Assembly (NCBI GenBank): GCA_965208105.1
Contig: OZ242318.1
Coordinates: 2,304,001-2,368,000 of the forward strand
Source: Candidatus Latescibacterota bacterium
GTDB lineage: Bacteria > Latescibacterota > UBA2968 > UBA8231
Reading direction: 5' to 3'
Length of the DNA stretch: 64,000 nt
The translations under genes and the position numbers were made by a program. The notes under the pieces were generated by a model. It ran no database searches and was not told where the DNA came from. It saw nothing but the letters and a program-made list of their open reading frames with translations. Positions 52,560-63,280 of the stretch are shown one piece after another; positions within the stretch are counted from its first letter, which is position 1, and each line of letters begins with the position of its first letter.

Positions 52560-54218
52560 ATGGCCTACCTGGTTACAGCAAGAAAATGGCGCCCGGATCG
52601 ATTCGAAGAAGTAGTGGCCCAAAATCACATTACTACGACGCTGCAGAATGCCCTGACTTCGGGACGCATCGCCCAGGCCTATCTGTTTTGTGGTCCTCGC
52701 GGCACCGGCAAAACCACCATGGCGCGGATCCTTGCCAAAGCCTTGAACTGCAGCCACAGGTCGGGTGCAGATCCGTGTAACGACTGCAACTCGTGCCGCA
52801 GCATCACCGAAGGTTCCAGCATGAACGTCCTGGAAATCGATGGAGCCTCCAACAACAGCGTCGACGATGTTCGCGAATTGCGCGAGGTAGTGCGCTACGT
52901 TTCGACCGAAGGCCTCTACAAGATCTATATTATCGACGAAGTACACATGCTTTCGACAGCAGCTTTCAATGCCTTGTTGAAGACCTTGGAAGAACCGCCC
53001 GCACATGTGGTGTTCCTCTTCGCGACCACCGAAGTCCAGGAGGTTCCCGACACCATCCTTTCCCGCTGTCAGCGTTTCAATTTTCGCCGTATTGGAACTG
53101 GCCAGACCGCCGCGCACCTGAAGAAAATCGTCTCCGCTGAAGGAATGGAGGCTGAAGAAGATGCCCTGTATCTGCTGGCCAATCGGGCGGATGGTTCGCT
53201 GCGGGACGCCGTGAGCCTGCTGGACCAGGTTGACTCTTTCTGCCAGGGGACCATTACCGTAAAAATGGTAGAGCAGGTTCTGGGGCTCGTGAACCGCAGT
53301 TTCTATTTCGACTTGTCCAGTGCAATCGCCGCGGCGGCCCCGCAGAAGGTCCTGAACCTCGTCAACACGGCAGTAGAGGAGGGGGCCGATGTTGAAGAGT
53401 TTGCCCACGGTTTTTCCGAGCACTTGCGTAACCTCCTCTTTATAAAAATTCAAGGCTCGGCAACCAAGTTGGAGATAGCGGAATCCGAGCGGCCGGAATA
53501 TGAAAGGATGGCTGATGCGTTTGCCGAGGAGGACATTGTTCGAATGCTGCAGGCGCTTCTGGACCTGGACCCCGAATTTAAGCGCTCGGTTCAGCCCAGG
53601 TTTCGTCTCGAATTGGTTCTCGTTCGCCTGGCTTTGATGGGCAGGGCCCTGGACATCGGGCAATTGCTTGCCCGGATTGGCACCCTTGAGAACGCACTGC
53701 AGGCAGGGGTTGCCGAAGGGAATTCAAAAAAAAAGGAAAGAACTCCGAATCCCGGACGTCCCCCATCAGAAGTGGCTGAGAAGAAGGACGCCGGGGGTAC
53801 GAATTCAGAGCCTGGTCAGGCTGCAGGTCCGGATCAAGAAACAGACGAAAGGCCGGATCAGGCGCAGCAGCCCCTGACCTCCGAGATGATCAGGTCGGAC
53901 TGGGACAATTTGGTCGAGGCCGTCGGCGCATCGCAGCCGGCACTGGGAAAATTCCTGGGTGGAGCCAGGTCGGTCGAGATAGAGGACAAAGTCCTGAAGC
54001 TCGTTTTTTCATCCGCTGATCGTTTCCCCATGATCCACGTGAGCAAGAGCCGGGACGTGGTGGAAGACATCTGCGCCAGGAGATGGGGCCGGTCTCTGCG
54101 CCTCAACTGCATCCTCGATGACGAAGGCGAGGTTCGGCAAGGGGGGGCAAAGGCGCCCTTGCACACGGAACCTACGGTCAAATCCGTCCTCCAGGTCTTT
54201 GACGGTGAGTTGATTTGA
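52560..54218 (+). CDS. dnaX: DNA polymerase III subunit gamma/tau
   Basis: ARKWRP, GPRGTGKTT, EIDGASN, IIDEVHML and SRCQ. Start re-assigned to ATG 52560. Confidence 0.96.
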   Translation: MAYLVTARKWRPDRFEEVVAQNHITTTLQNALTSGRIAQAYLFCGPRGTGKTTMARILAKALNCSHRSGADPCNDCNSCRSITEGSSMNVLEIDGASNNSVDDVRELREVVRYVSTEGLYKIYIIDEVHMLSTAAFNALLKTLEEPPAHVVFLFATTEVQEVPDTILSRCQRFNFRRIGTGQTAAHLKKIVSAEGMEAEEDALYLLANRADGSLRDAVSLLDQVDSFCQGTITVKMVEQVLGLVNRSFYFDLSSAIAAAAPQKVLNLVNTAVEEGADVEEFAHGFSEHLRNLLFIKIQGSATKLEIAESERPEYERMADAFAEEDIVRMLQALLDLDPEFKRSVQPRFRLELVLVRLALMGRALDIGQLLARIGTLENALQAGVAEGNSKKKERTPNPGRPPSEVAEKKDAGGTNSEPGQAAGPDQETDERPDQAQQPLTSEMIRSDWDNLVEAVGASQPALGKFLGGARSVEIEDKVLKLVFSSADRFPMIHVSKSRDVVEDICARRWGRSLRLNCILDDEGEVRQGGAKAPLHTEPTVKSVLQVFDGELI

Positions 54219-54285
54219 CCGCCTGGTTCAGCAGCGGCGCGGCCGACGGACCCGGGCGGGCATATTCTTTGAAATCGGAAATCAT

Positions 54286-54882
54286 ATGGGGCCTTTGCCT
54301 TTAGAAGATCTGATCACTGCCTTCTCCCGGCTCCCCGGTATCGGCCGCAAGACGGCTCAGCGCCTGGCGTTCCATGTCATCAAGAGGCCGAGAGAGGAAG
54401 CCGAAAAGTTGGCCCGAGCCCTGGTAGAGGCCAAGGACAACATCCAATACTGTTCGAAATGCTACAACTATACCGAGCGCGGCGCCGACAGTTGTGAGGT
54501 ATGCAGGGACCCACGCCGTGACCAGACCACCATCTGCGTGGTTGAAGATGCCAGCGACGTGCTTACTCTCGAGCACAACCAGTTGTACCGCGGGATTTAC
54601 CACGTTCTCGGCGGGGCATTGTCCCCGCTCGACGGAATCCGGCCCGACGATTTGCGCATAGGCGAATTGGTGGAGCGGATCAAAGGAGAAAGGGTGGAGG
54701 AAGTCATAATAGGCCTCAATCCCAGCGCCGAAGGCGAGGCGACCGCTGAATACCTTCTTCAGCAGATAGGAACATCTACCAGGGTGACTCGCCTCGCGCG
54801 AGGCTTGCCGGTTGGCTCTGATCTCGACCTGGCCGACAGAATAACCTTGGCGCATGCATTGGAGGGGCGGCATGCCTTCTAA
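54286..54882 (+). CDS. recR: Recombination mediator RecR
   Basis: LPGIG.K.AQRLA, C4 zinc finger, CVVE, YHVL.G..SP and EGEATA. Confidence 0.96.
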   Translation: MGPLPLEDLITAFSRLPGIGRKTAQRLAFHVIKRPREEAEKLARALVEAKDNIQYCSKCYNYTERGADSCEVCRDPRRDQTTICVVEDASDVLTLEHNQLYRGIYHVLGGALSPLDGIRPDDLRIGELVERIKGERVEEVIIGLNPSAEGEATAEYLLQQIGTSTRVTRLARGLPVGSDLDLADRITLAHALEGRHAF

Positions 54883-54899
54883 ACGATCGGGCGACGCCT

Positions 54900-55496
54900 A
54901 TGGATAGCCGGAAGATTATCAATTTGCCCAACACTCTGACGGTTTTGCGAATCTGCCTGACTCCTCTCTTTTTGACCATGCTCTTTGCAGAAACCTGGTA
55001 TTACAAGAGCATGGCCTTTGCTGTTTTTGGAGCAGCGTCCCTGACGGATTTTTACGATGGCAGACTCGCGCGTTCTGCAAACCAGGTAACAGCCCTGGGA
55101 CGCTTCCTCGATCCGCTGGCTGATAAAATCCTTGTAACCTCGGCGTTGATTGCCCTTGTTTTCGGCCGCATGGTCAATTTCTGGCTGGTGGTTCCCATTG
55201 TCTGCCGCGATGTTCTGATTACCTGCCTGCGGCTCTATGACCTTTACCACGGCCGGCAGATGATGACATCGCGGCTTGCAAAGTGGAAAACGACTGTACA
55301 ACTGTTTACCGTGGTATTCATCCTCTTCATCATGAGCTTACAGGAGTTCCTGAATCGATTCAACCAGAATGGCGCCATGCTTTTGGACGGAGGACAGTTT
55401 CAGGTTTTGGCCAACGCTCTGATGACGGGGGTACTGTTGCTCACCCTGCTGTCGGGATTCAACTATTTGCGGAAAAGACAATTCTTCCTGAGATGA
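54900..55496 (+). CDS. pgsA: CDP-diacylglycerol--glycerol-3-phosphate 3-phosphatidyltransferase
   Basis: NLPN.LT..RI and D..DG.LAR......G..LDP.ADK. Confidence 0.93.
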   Translation: MDSRKIINLPNTLTVLRICLTPLFLTMLFAETWYYKSMAFAVFGAASLTDFYDGRLARSANQVTALGRFLDPLADKILVTSALIALVFGRMVNFWLVVPIVCRDVLITCLRLYDLYHGRQMMTSRLAKWKTTVQLFTVVFILFIMSLQEFLNRFNQNGAMLLDGGQFQVLANALMTGVLLLTLLSGFNYLRKRQFFLR

Positions 55497-55579
55497 GTTT
55501 CACAGGGGATGGAGGTGGTCCGGATTAGCCGACAAAGAGGTTCATTCCCGGTTCACCCCTTGTTTGTGAGCAAGGTGAA

Positions 55580-56055
55580 ATGGAGGCTGTAAGGAAATAT
55601 TTCCCGCCGTAAAAAAAATCGCCGCCACCCTTTTTTTCTCGGGATATGCTCCAGTTGCTCCAGGTACTGCCGGTAGTGCGCTGACGGCGGTTGTTTATTA
55701 TTATCTATTTCCGTCTCTGGAGGCCGTGGAATGGTTTGTTGTTCTCACGGCCGTTTTTTTTGTTGCCGTATATACCGCAGGCGAGCTGGAACGGACCTGG
55801 GGGAAGGACCCGCGGCGGGTCGTGATCGATGAGGGGATGGGCTTTTTGGTGACGGTGGCCTTCCTTCCTCATGGTTTCTGGACCGCCGTGGTCGGGTTTT
55901 TGCTTTTCAGACTCCTCGATATCCTCAAGCCGGTGCCAATCCGGCGGCTCGAGCGACTGCCAGGAGGTTGGGGAATCGTCGCAGACGACGTAATGGCCGG
56001 CCTGTATGGAAATGCCATAATCAGGATATGGCTCCAACTGGAAGGCGGAATGTAG
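55580..56055 (+). CDS. pgpA: Phosphatidylglycerophosphatase A; canonical start missing or frameshifted
   Basis: GYAPVAPGTAGS lies upstream of the tracked ORF in the same frame. DP..VVIDE, FR..DI.KP.PI and GG.GIVADD..AG. Confidence 0.85.
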
Positions 56056-56115
56056 TCCGAGCCGGAAATTGCTGCCCGCATTGTTTGCCATCAATCTTTC
56101 ACTCGAAGGAAGATC

Positions 56116-57177
56116 ATGGCCAAATCGAACATGCCTGACAACGAAAGATCCAAGGTCAAGGCCCTTGAACTGGCCATAGCGCAGATAGAAAAGCAACACG
56201 GCCAGGGTTCCATCATGCGCCTGGGTGAAAAGGGCGGCATCGTGGAAATTGAAACCATTTCCACCGGGTCCCTGGCTCTGGATGCCGCGCTGGGGATAGG
56301 TGGATTGCCCAAGGGACGGATCGTGGAAATCTACGGTCCCGAGGGCGCCGGAAAGACCATGCTTTCCCTGCACTCGATCAGGGAAGCCCAGAAAACAGGG
56401 GGAACGGCGGCATTCATCGACGCCGAACACGCCCTCGATCTGGCCTTTGCCCAGCGCATTGGAGTTGATGTAGACAACCTGATCATCTCTCAGCCCGACA
56501 GCGGCGAACAGGCCCTGGAAATTGTCGATACCTTGGTGCGCAGCGGAGCCTTTGACGTCATTGTGGTGGATTCGGTGGCCGCCCTCGTGCCACAGGCGGA
56601 GCTGGAAGGCGAAATGGGAGACTCCCACATGGGCCTGCATGCGCGTCTGATGTCGCAAGCCCTGCGCAAGCTCGCCGGCTCTATCAACCGCTCCCGGACA
56701 TGCCTTGTCTTTCTCAACCAGTTGCGCATGAAAATCGGGGTTCTATTCGGCAACCCGGAAACCACGACGGGAGGCCGCGCCCTTCCCTTCTATTCTTCCG
56801 TGCGGCTGGATGTCCGCCGCGTCGCGCGCATTAAGGAGGGAGAGAACGACATCGGCAGCCGGACCCGTGTCAAGGTCGTCAAGAACAAAATGGCCCCTCC
56901 TTTTAGAGAGGCGGAATTCGATGTAATTTTTCATGGGCCTGAGATCGGTGTTTCCTGGGAGGGAGATTTGCTCGACATGGGCGTAGAAAAGGGGCTCGTG
57001 GAAAAAAACGGGGCCTGGTTTTCCTATCGGGGGAATCGAATGGGGCAGGGACGCGACAACGTCAAGAAGTACCTGTCCGATCACGCTGACCTTTCCGGGG
57101 AATTGGAGCAGAAGCTGCGGCGGGAACTGGGGTTGATTCCTCCTGCCGAGGACAGCGGCCATGGCACGAGAGGATGA
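56116..57177 (+). CDS. recA: Recombinase A
   Basis: [37 protein letters not shown] and KVVKNK. Confidence 0.98.
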   Translation: MAKSNMPDNERSKVKALELAIAQIEKQHGQGSIMRLGEKGGIVEIETISTGSLALDAALGIGGLPKGRIVEIYGPEGAGKTMLSLHSIREAQKTGGTAAFIDAEHALDLAFAQRIGVDVDNLIISQPDSGEQALEIVDTLVRSGAFDVIVVDSVAALVPQAELEGEMGDSHMGLHARLMSQALRKLAGSINRSRTCLVFLNQLRMKIGVLFGNPETTTGGRALPFYSSVRLDVRRVARIKEGENDIGSRTRVKVVKNKMAPPFREAEFDVIFHGPEIGVSWEGDLLDMGVEKGLVEKNGAWFSYRGNRMGQGRDNVKKYLSDHADLSGELEQKLRRELGLIPPAEDSGHGTRG

Positions 57178-57661
57178 AGTCCGCAAGGCCCGGAAAATCG
57201 GCCTTACCTTCCTGGGTGCCAGGGATCGGTCCCTCCAGGAAATGCGGGAACGGCTGCGAAAAAACAGGTTTTCACCAGAGGTTATCGACGAGACCATCGC
57301 TGACCTCCGGCGCCTCAATTTGCTGGATGACCGGATATTCGCACGCCGCTGGGTGGAATCGCGCCTGCAGGGCACGGCCGCGGGTCGGAGAAGATTTGCT
57401 CGTGATTTGCAGCGCAAGGGGGTAGATCCCGAAATAATTGCGGCTGTTCTGGAAGAATTCAAAGATTGTCTCGATTCCGAGGCTGCCGCCGTCAACCTTC
57501 TTCGCCGGGCGGCGAGGCGGTATCGAGGACTCGACAAGGTAAAAGCCAGGCGCCGCATGTTCGGACTCCTGGGCAGGCGTGGATATGAAGGCGAAACCGC
57601 AATCAAGGCAATTGACCAGGTCTGGGAAGAGATAGAGCGCAATGATCTCAAGGGAGATTAG
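57161..57661 (+). CDS. recX: Regulatory protein RecX
   Basis: L..R.RS..E...RL, LDD..FA, KGV and L.RRG motifs. Overlaps recA. Confidence 0.88.
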   Translation: MAREDEVRKARKIGLTFLGARDRSLQEMRERLRKNRFSPEVIDETIADLRRLNLLDDRIFARRWVESRLQGTAAGRRRFARDLQRKGVDPEIIAAVLEEFKDCLDSEAAAVNLLRRAARRYRGLDKVKARRRMFGLLGRRGYEGETAIKAIDQVWEEIERNDLKGD

Positions 57662-60257
57662 GGAGACATTCCTGCGGTTTTTCGAGGAGCGCGGACACCA
57701 TCGGGTCCCCAGTGCTCCCGTGGTTCCCGGAAATGATCCCACCCTCCACTTCACCAACGCGGGCATGAACCAGTTCAAGGACGTATTCCTGGGCACTGGC
57801 AGGCGCAGCTATACGCGGGCGGTGGACACGCAAAAATGCATCCGCAGCTCCGGCAAGCACAACGATCTCGAAGAGGTTGGCAGTAGCCCCTGGCACCATA
57901 CCTTTTTTGAAATGCTGGGCAACTGGTCCTTTGGAGATTACTTCAAAAAGGAAGCCATTGAATGGGCCTGGGAACTGGCAACCGAACACCTGGGCCTGGA
58001 AAAGGAACGTCTCTGGAGCACTGTCTTTGAAGGCGACGAGGCCGCGGGCCTCGAAGCGGATGTAGAGGCGGAATCACTCTGGACCGAATGCACCGACCAG
58101 CCCCTCGAGCGGGTGGTGCGACTTCCTGGTGCGGAGGTATTCTGGGAGATGGGCTCCACCGGTCCGTGCGGGCCCTCCTCGGAGTTGCACTACTACCTCG
58201 GAGCCGATCTTTCCAGGCAGTCCAGAGCGGACTTCGTTCGTGGCGAAAAGGACTACGTGGAGATTTGGAATCTGGTATTCATTCAGTACAATCGGGACGA
58301 GACCGGCAAACTTCACCCTCTTCCTTCGGTTCATGTGGATACGGGGATGGGACTGGAGCGAATGTGCAGTATTCTTCAAGGGGTGCACAGCAATTACGAT
58401 ACAGACCTCTTTCAGCCCCTGATCGCCCGCATCGCTGAGTTGACCGCCAAGGATTGCAGCGGCGAATACGTCGTACCCATGCAGGTAGTTGCCGACCATG
58501 CTCGTGCCTTGTGCTTTGCCATCGCCGATGGTGCCCTCCCATCAAACGAAGGCGCGGGCTACGTTTTGCGGCGCCTGCTGCGCCGGGCGGCACGCTACGG
58601 CCGTCAGCTGGACCAGCAGGAGCCCTTTATCCACCTGTTGGCACCCACGGTGGCGGATGTATATCGCAATGTATTCCCTGAAGTAGCCGATAAATGCGCC
58701 CATATCTCCCTGGTCCTCCGCTCCGAAGAGGAGAGCTTCGGCAAGACCCTGGACCGCGGCCTGGAAATCTTCGACCGATACAGCCAGAAAGGTGAAATTT
58801 CGGGTACTGATGCGTTTCAACTCTACGACACCTACGGCTTCCCTCTCGACCTTACCCAACTGTTGGCACGCGAGCGCGGGCTCGAGATATATACGGAAGG
58901 GTTCGATCGCGAATTGGAGAAACAGCGGCAACGGGCGAGGCAGGCGGCCAAAGCCCAGGTAGCGGGAACCGGGGAAATGGGGAGCATGCTGGAAGGGGCG
59001 CATTCGCGCTTCATCGGCTACGGGGAATTGGCGGCCGATTCCAAAGTGCTGCATGCCGAAGAGGACGAAAAAGGGAACATCCTGTTCTTCCTGGACCAAA
59101 CGCCCTTCTTCGCCGAATCCGGCGGCCAGGTCGGCGATAAGGGCCTGGTCAAGGGCTGCGACTTCGCCATCCAGGTAGAAAATACCCTGAAGGCCCGCGG
59201 CGGCCACATGCACATAGGCAGGCTGCAGGAAGGAGAGAGCCGGGCAGTAGAGGGAATGGTGCAGGCTCAGGTGGACCCGGAGGTCCGCAAAGCCACGGCA
59301 CGCAACCATACTGCCACCCACCTTCTGCACGAAGCTCTGCGCCGGGTCCTGGGAGACCACGTTGCCCAGATGGGTTCGCTGGTAGCCTCCGAGCGTCTGC
59401 GCTTTGACTTCTCCCATTTTGCTTCCCTCGAGCCGGAACACCTGCGCGAGATCGAATCCATGGTAAACGACAGGGTCCGCGCCGGCCTGGAGGTCTCCAC
59501 CTTCGAGGAGAATCTTGAAAAAGCCAGGGAGATGGGGGCGCAGGCTCTGTTCGGAGAGAAATACGAAGACCGGGTGCGGGTGGTGCGTATCGGGGACTTC
59601 AGCCTCGAACTTTGCGGTGGAACCCACGTGGATTCAACTAGCGAAATCGGCCTTTTTCACATGTCCGCCGAAGGGGGCATCGCGGCAGGTATCCGCCGGG
59701 TCGAAGCCTTCACGGGCCAGGAAACCGAGCAAATCATGCGCTCCCACCACGGACTGATCCTGCAGATGAGCAATCTGCTGAACGTTCGGGCCGCGGAACT
59801 TCCCCAAAAGCTCGAAGGACTGTTGCATCGCAACCGGGAGCTGGAGAGCAGGCTGGAAGCTCTGCAGCGGCAGGACGCCCGCCAGCTCGGAATCGAACTG
59901 GCCGCACAAGCTCGGGAAATGGAGAAGGTCAGGGTGCTCGCTGCCAGGGTTGAAGTCGAGGAGGCAGGGGCCTTGAGGACTTTGGCCGACAACCTGCGCG
60001 AGCACCTGGGCTCGGGGCTCGGGGTGGTCGGCACCGTGCTGAATGGCAAGGTATCCCTCATCGCGGTCGTCACCCCGGACCTTATCGAAACCAGGGGCCT
60101 GAAGGCCGGCGACATCGTCAAGCGCGTTGCCCGGCTGGTTGGCGGGTCCGGAGGCGGCAAACCCCATCTGGCCCAGGCCGGCGGCAAAGACGCGGAAAAA
60201 TTGGATCAGGCCCTTGCGGCCGTGCCCGGCATCGTCAAGGAACTGCTGGCTGAGTAA
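57642..60257 (+). CDS. alaS: Alanine--tRNA ligase
   Basis: FTNAGMNQFK, HHTFFEMLGNWSFGDYFK, DTGMGLER, HTATHLLH, ELCGGTH and GGGK...AQAGG. Confidence 0.98.
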   Translation: MISREIRETFLRFFEERGHHRVPSAPVVPGNDPTLHFTNAGMNQFKDVFLGTGRRSYTRAVDTQKCIRSSGKHNDLEEVGSSPWHHTFFEMLGNWSFGDYFKKEAIEWAWELATEHLGLEKERLWSTVFEGDEAAGLEADVEAESLWTECTDQPLERVVRLPGAEVFWEMGSTGPCGPSSELHYYLGADLSRQSRADFVRGEKDYVEIWNLVFIQYNRDETGKLHPLPSVHVDTGMGLERMCSILQGVHSNYDTDLFQPLIARIAELTAKDCSGEYVVPMQVVADHARALCFAIADGALPSNEGAGYVLRRLLRRAARYGRQLDQQEPFIHLLAPTVADVYRNVFPEVADKCAHISLVLRSEEESFGKTLDRGLEIFDRYSQKGEISGTDAFQLYDTYGFPLDLTQLLARERGLEIYTEGFDRELEKQRQRARQAAKAQVAGTGEMGSMLEGAHSRFIGYGELAADSKVLHAEEDEKGNILFFLDQTPFFAESGGQVGDKGLVKGCDFAIQVENTLKARGGHMHIGRLQEGESRAVEGMVQAQVDPEVRKATARNHTATHLLHEALRRVLGDHVAQMGSLVASERLRFDFSHFASLEPEHLREIESMVNDRVRAGLEVSTFEENLEKAREMGAQALFGEKYEDRVRVVRIGDFSLELCGGTHVDSTSEIGLFHMSAEGGIAAGIRRVEAFTGQETEQIMRSHHGLILQMSNLLNVRAAELPQKLEGLLHRNRELESRLEALQRQDARQLGIELAAQAREMEKVRVLAARVEVEEAGALRTLADNLREHLGSGLGVVGTVLNGKVSLIAVVTPDLIETRGLKAGDIVKRVARLVGGSGGGKPHLAQAGGKDAEKLDQALAAVPGIVKELLAE

Positions 60258-60267
60258 GGGAGGGAAC

Positions 60268-61008
60268 TTGGCTACAATACTGGATTACCTTCTGGAAGTA
60301 AGGGAAAAACGGGGGGCAGGTTTTTTGCCGCTGCTCGACCCCGACCGCCTGATGCCGGAAGAACTGGAACGCCGGGCAACGCTCTGCGCAGAAGCGGGCG
60401 CCGACGCGATTCTGGTGGGAACCAGTCTGATGATGAACGATTACACCGCGGTTTTCGAGCGCATCAGAGACGCAGTAGACATTCCGGCAATCAGCTTTCC
60501 AGGAGGCGCCGGACAGGTAGTACCTGGTTCCGCTGCGATTCTCTTTCTTTCCGTGATCAGCGGCCGCAACCCCGAGCTGCTGATTGGCCAGCAGGTCAAA
60601 GGAGCTCCGCTGCTCAAGGAATATGGAGTGGAAATCATATCGACAGGCTATATGCTCATTGAGTCGGGCACCTTTACCTCGGTGGAGTTCATGAGCAACA
60701 CCCGCCCCATACCGCGCAATAAATGTGACATTGCCATGGCCCACGCTCTCGCGGCAGAATACATCGGCATGAAGCTGATCTACCTGGAAGCGGGTAGTGG
60801 GGCCTTGGAACCTGTGCCTGACGAGATGGTGCGAGCGGTGGTGGACTACATTTCTCTCCCGGTCATTGTCGGGGGAGGGATTCGGGATGCAGAGAGCGCC
60901 CGCTCCAAGGTCGACGCCGGAGCGGGCTTCGTGGTAACCGGAACCGTCATAGAGGAGGACCCCGGGCGCTTGCGCGAATTGAGTGCGGCCGTCCATACGA
61001 AAGAATGA
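60268..61008 (+). CDS. Geranylgeranylglyceryl/heptaprenylglyceryl phosphate synthase (PcrB family, group II-like)
   Basis: LLDPD, FPG, SGRNP..LIG, GY.LI, YLEAGSGA, VGGGIR and V.GT. TTG start with SD AGGGAGG. Confidence 0.88.
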   Translation: MATILDYLLEVREKRGAGFLPLLDPDRLMPEELERRATLCAEAGADAILVGTSLMMNDYTAVFERIRDAVDIPAISFPGGAGQVVPGSAAILFLSVISGRNPELLIGQQVKGAPLLKEYGVEIISTGYMLIESGTFTSVEFMSNTRPIPRNKCDIAMAHALAAEYIGMKLIYLEAGSGALEPVPDEMVRAVVDYISLPVIVGGGIRDAESARSKVDAGAGFVVTGTVIEEDPGRLRELSAAVHTKE

Positions 61009-61117
61009 AGGGAACCCTGCGCCAGCGGCGCCGGACCCCGGGGGATGGCGGATTGGGGTGGGCAGGGACCGTCCCACCGGAGCCGGAGAGGTGAAAACAG
61101 GTTGCCGGGACGTGTAA

Positions 61118-61390
61118 ATGTTCGCCAAAAAAGTTACGATCAATAATCCCCTGGGACTTCACGCCCGGCCGGCGGCCCTGGTTGTTCAGCAAGCCTCCAG
61201 ATTCAAGGCGGAGACCTTTCTATCCCGGGAAGGAGTCGCGCGCGTGAACGGGAAAAGCGTCATGGGCGTCATGACCCTTGCCGCCGAACAGGGATCGGAA
61301 ATCACCATCGAAGCCGAGGGCAGGGACGCGGAAGAAGCGGTGGAGGTCCTGGCCAAGCTCCTGCAAAGCAACTTCGAGGAACAGGCTTGA
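61118..61390 (+). CDS. ptsH: Phosphocarrier protein HPr
   Basis: GLHARPA (His15) and NGKSVMG (Ser46). Confidence 0.95.
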   Translation: MFAKKVTINNPLGLHARPAALVVQQASRFKAETFLSREGVARVNGKSVMGVMTLAAEQGSEITIEAEGRDAEEAVEVLAKLLQSNFEEQA

Positions 61391-63168
61391 TGCAATCCAC
61401 AGGATACAAAAGACTCAGGGGAATTCCTGCCTCGCCAGGGATTGCAATTGGCAGAGCATTCATCTACCGCAAAGAGACGCCCCGCATTTCCACGCGGAGG
61501 ATTCCCGCAGGCCGGGTCGAGGCGGAAGTCGAGCGTTTTCTCAACAGTTTGCACCAGGCCGGCGAAGAAATACGCCGCATCCAGCATCTGGTCGAGGTGG
61601 AGCAGGGCTCGGACATGGCCCAGATTTTCGAAGCCCAGCGGGCAATGCTCGAAGACGTGGAGGTGAAGGACCAGACCTTGAAATTGATTCGCGAAAGGCA
61701 TTTCTCCGCCGAGCAGGCCTTCTCGGTGACCCTGGGGCAAATGAAGAGAGTATTCGAAGACATTGAGAATGAATACCTGCGAGCCCGGTTGAGCGATGTC
61801 GTGGACATCGAGCACCAGGTGCTGGTCCGCATGGCCGGCGGTGAACTCAAGGCCTTGCATGCCTTGCGGGCAAATACGGTGGTCGTACTGCACGACCTCC
61901 TGCCTTCTGAAGTGGTGCAGTTGGGACGGAGACCGGTCAAGGGAATCGTCACCGATGCCGGTGGAGCCACGTCTCACACCAGCATTATCGCCCGCTCCAT
62001 GGGGCTGCCCACAATCGTCGGCGCGGGAAATGGTTCCAGGGAAATAAAATCCGGCGACCTCGTCATCGTGGACGGCAATGAGGGCGTCGTCCACGTACGT
62101 CCCGGTCAGGAAGTTCTGCGTTTCTACCGCACCCAGCGGCGGCGTCAGTTGCGGCGCGAGCGCGACCTGAGTGCGCGCCGGGAATTGCCTGCCGTGACCC
62201 TGGACCACCAGGACATCGTATTGATGGCCAATGTCGATGTGCCGAATGAGCTGCAGCTTGCCATCGACAATGGCGCCCGCGGTGTGGGGATGTACCGGAC
62301 GGAATTCCTCTACATGGGCTACCGCTTGCCAAGCGAAACTGAGCAGCTGGATTGCTACGCTCATATTGTCGAAGCGGCGGCTCCTCACCCCGTGGTGATT
62401 CGGACCATAGATCTGGGAGGGGACAAACTTGCCCACATCCTGAATACGGCCCCCGAGTCCAACCCGTTCCTCGGATGGCGGGGCATCCGGATCTGCCTGG
62501 ATACACCGGACCTGTTCAAAACGCAACTGCGCGCGCTCCTGAGAGCGGGCACCAGGGGTGAAGTGCAGATTCTCCTTCCCATGGTCTCGAGCATCAATGA
62601 ATTGCGTCGCGCCCGGGCCATCCTCGAAGAGGCAAAGTACGAGCTTCGCGCCGAGACCAGCTCATTCCAGGAGGAATGCAAGGTAGGGGTCATGGTGGAG
62701 GTCCCTTCGGTTGCGCTCATGGCGGAGCAGTTTGCCCCCGAGACTGATTTCTTCAGCCTGGGGACCAACGACCTGACCCAGTACACACTTGCGGTCGACC
62801 GCGGCACGGCGCGGGTGGCCAACCTCTACGACCCCTATCATCCGGCAGTCTTGAAATTGATGAAAATAGTGGCGGACACTGGTAAAAGGCACCATATTCC
62901 GGTGAGTATATGCGGCGAAATGGCCGGCGATCCATTGGCTACAATTCTTCTCCTGGGCATGGGTATTGAATCACTGAGCATCAGCCCGGGAATGATCCCG
63001 GAGGTCAAGGAAGTCGTTCGTGCGGTGAACCTGGCCGAAGCCCGCAAAATAGCCAATCACTGCCTGGATCTGGGAACCGGATCGAAGGTGCGTGAATTCC
63101 TGAAAGACGCCGTGCAGGCACATCTGGACATTCCGCCTTCATGGCAAAGCTGGAAAGAATCCCGATAG
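61390..63168 (+). CDS. ptsI: PTS enzyme I
   Basis: [35 protein letters not shown] and CGEMAGD. Confidence 0.96.
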   Translation: MQSTGYKRLRGIPASPGIAIGRAFIYRKETPRISTRRIPAGRVEAEVERFLNSLHQAGEEIRRIQHLVEVEQGSDMAQIFEAQRAMLEDVEVKDQTLKLIRERHFSAEQAFSVTLGQMKRVFEDIENEYLRARLSDVVDIEHQVLVRMAGGELKALHALRANTVVVLHDLLPSEVVQLGRRPVKGIVTDAGGATSHTSIIARSMGLPTIVGAGNGSREIKSGDLVIVDGNEGVVHVRPGQEVLRFYRTQRRRQLRRERDLSARRELPAVTLDHQDIVLMANVDVPNELQLAIDNGARGVGMYRTEFLYMGYRLPSETEQLDCYAHIVEAAAPHPVVIRTIDLGGDKLAHILNTAPESNPFLGWRGIRICLDTPDLFKTQLRALLRAGTRGEVQILLPMVSSINELRRARAILEEAKYELRAETSSFQEECKVGVMVEVPSVALMAEQFAPETDFFSLGTNDLTQYTLAVDRGTARVANLYDPYHPAVLKLMKIVADTGKRHHIPVSICGEMAGDPLATILLLGMGIESLSISPGMIPEVKEVVRAVNLAEARKIANHCLDLGTGSKVREFLKDAVQAHLDIPPSWQSWKESR

Positions 63169-63280
63169 ATCCGACCAAGTCGATAACACCACCGGTTCCC
63201 CCACTGACCCTTTTCCAGGCAAGCCAGCTTTTCGGACCTCATACCCGCCAGTCCCAACAATCGCGCAGCAAGGAGCAGAT

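Noticed and set aside
54219-54285. Absence of ybaB between dnaX and recR
   Set aside because: A real absence here, but a common synteny variation and not informative alone.
63169-63280. SAM riboswitch upstream of metK
   Set aside because: No SAM-I or SAM-II consensus elements are recognisable.
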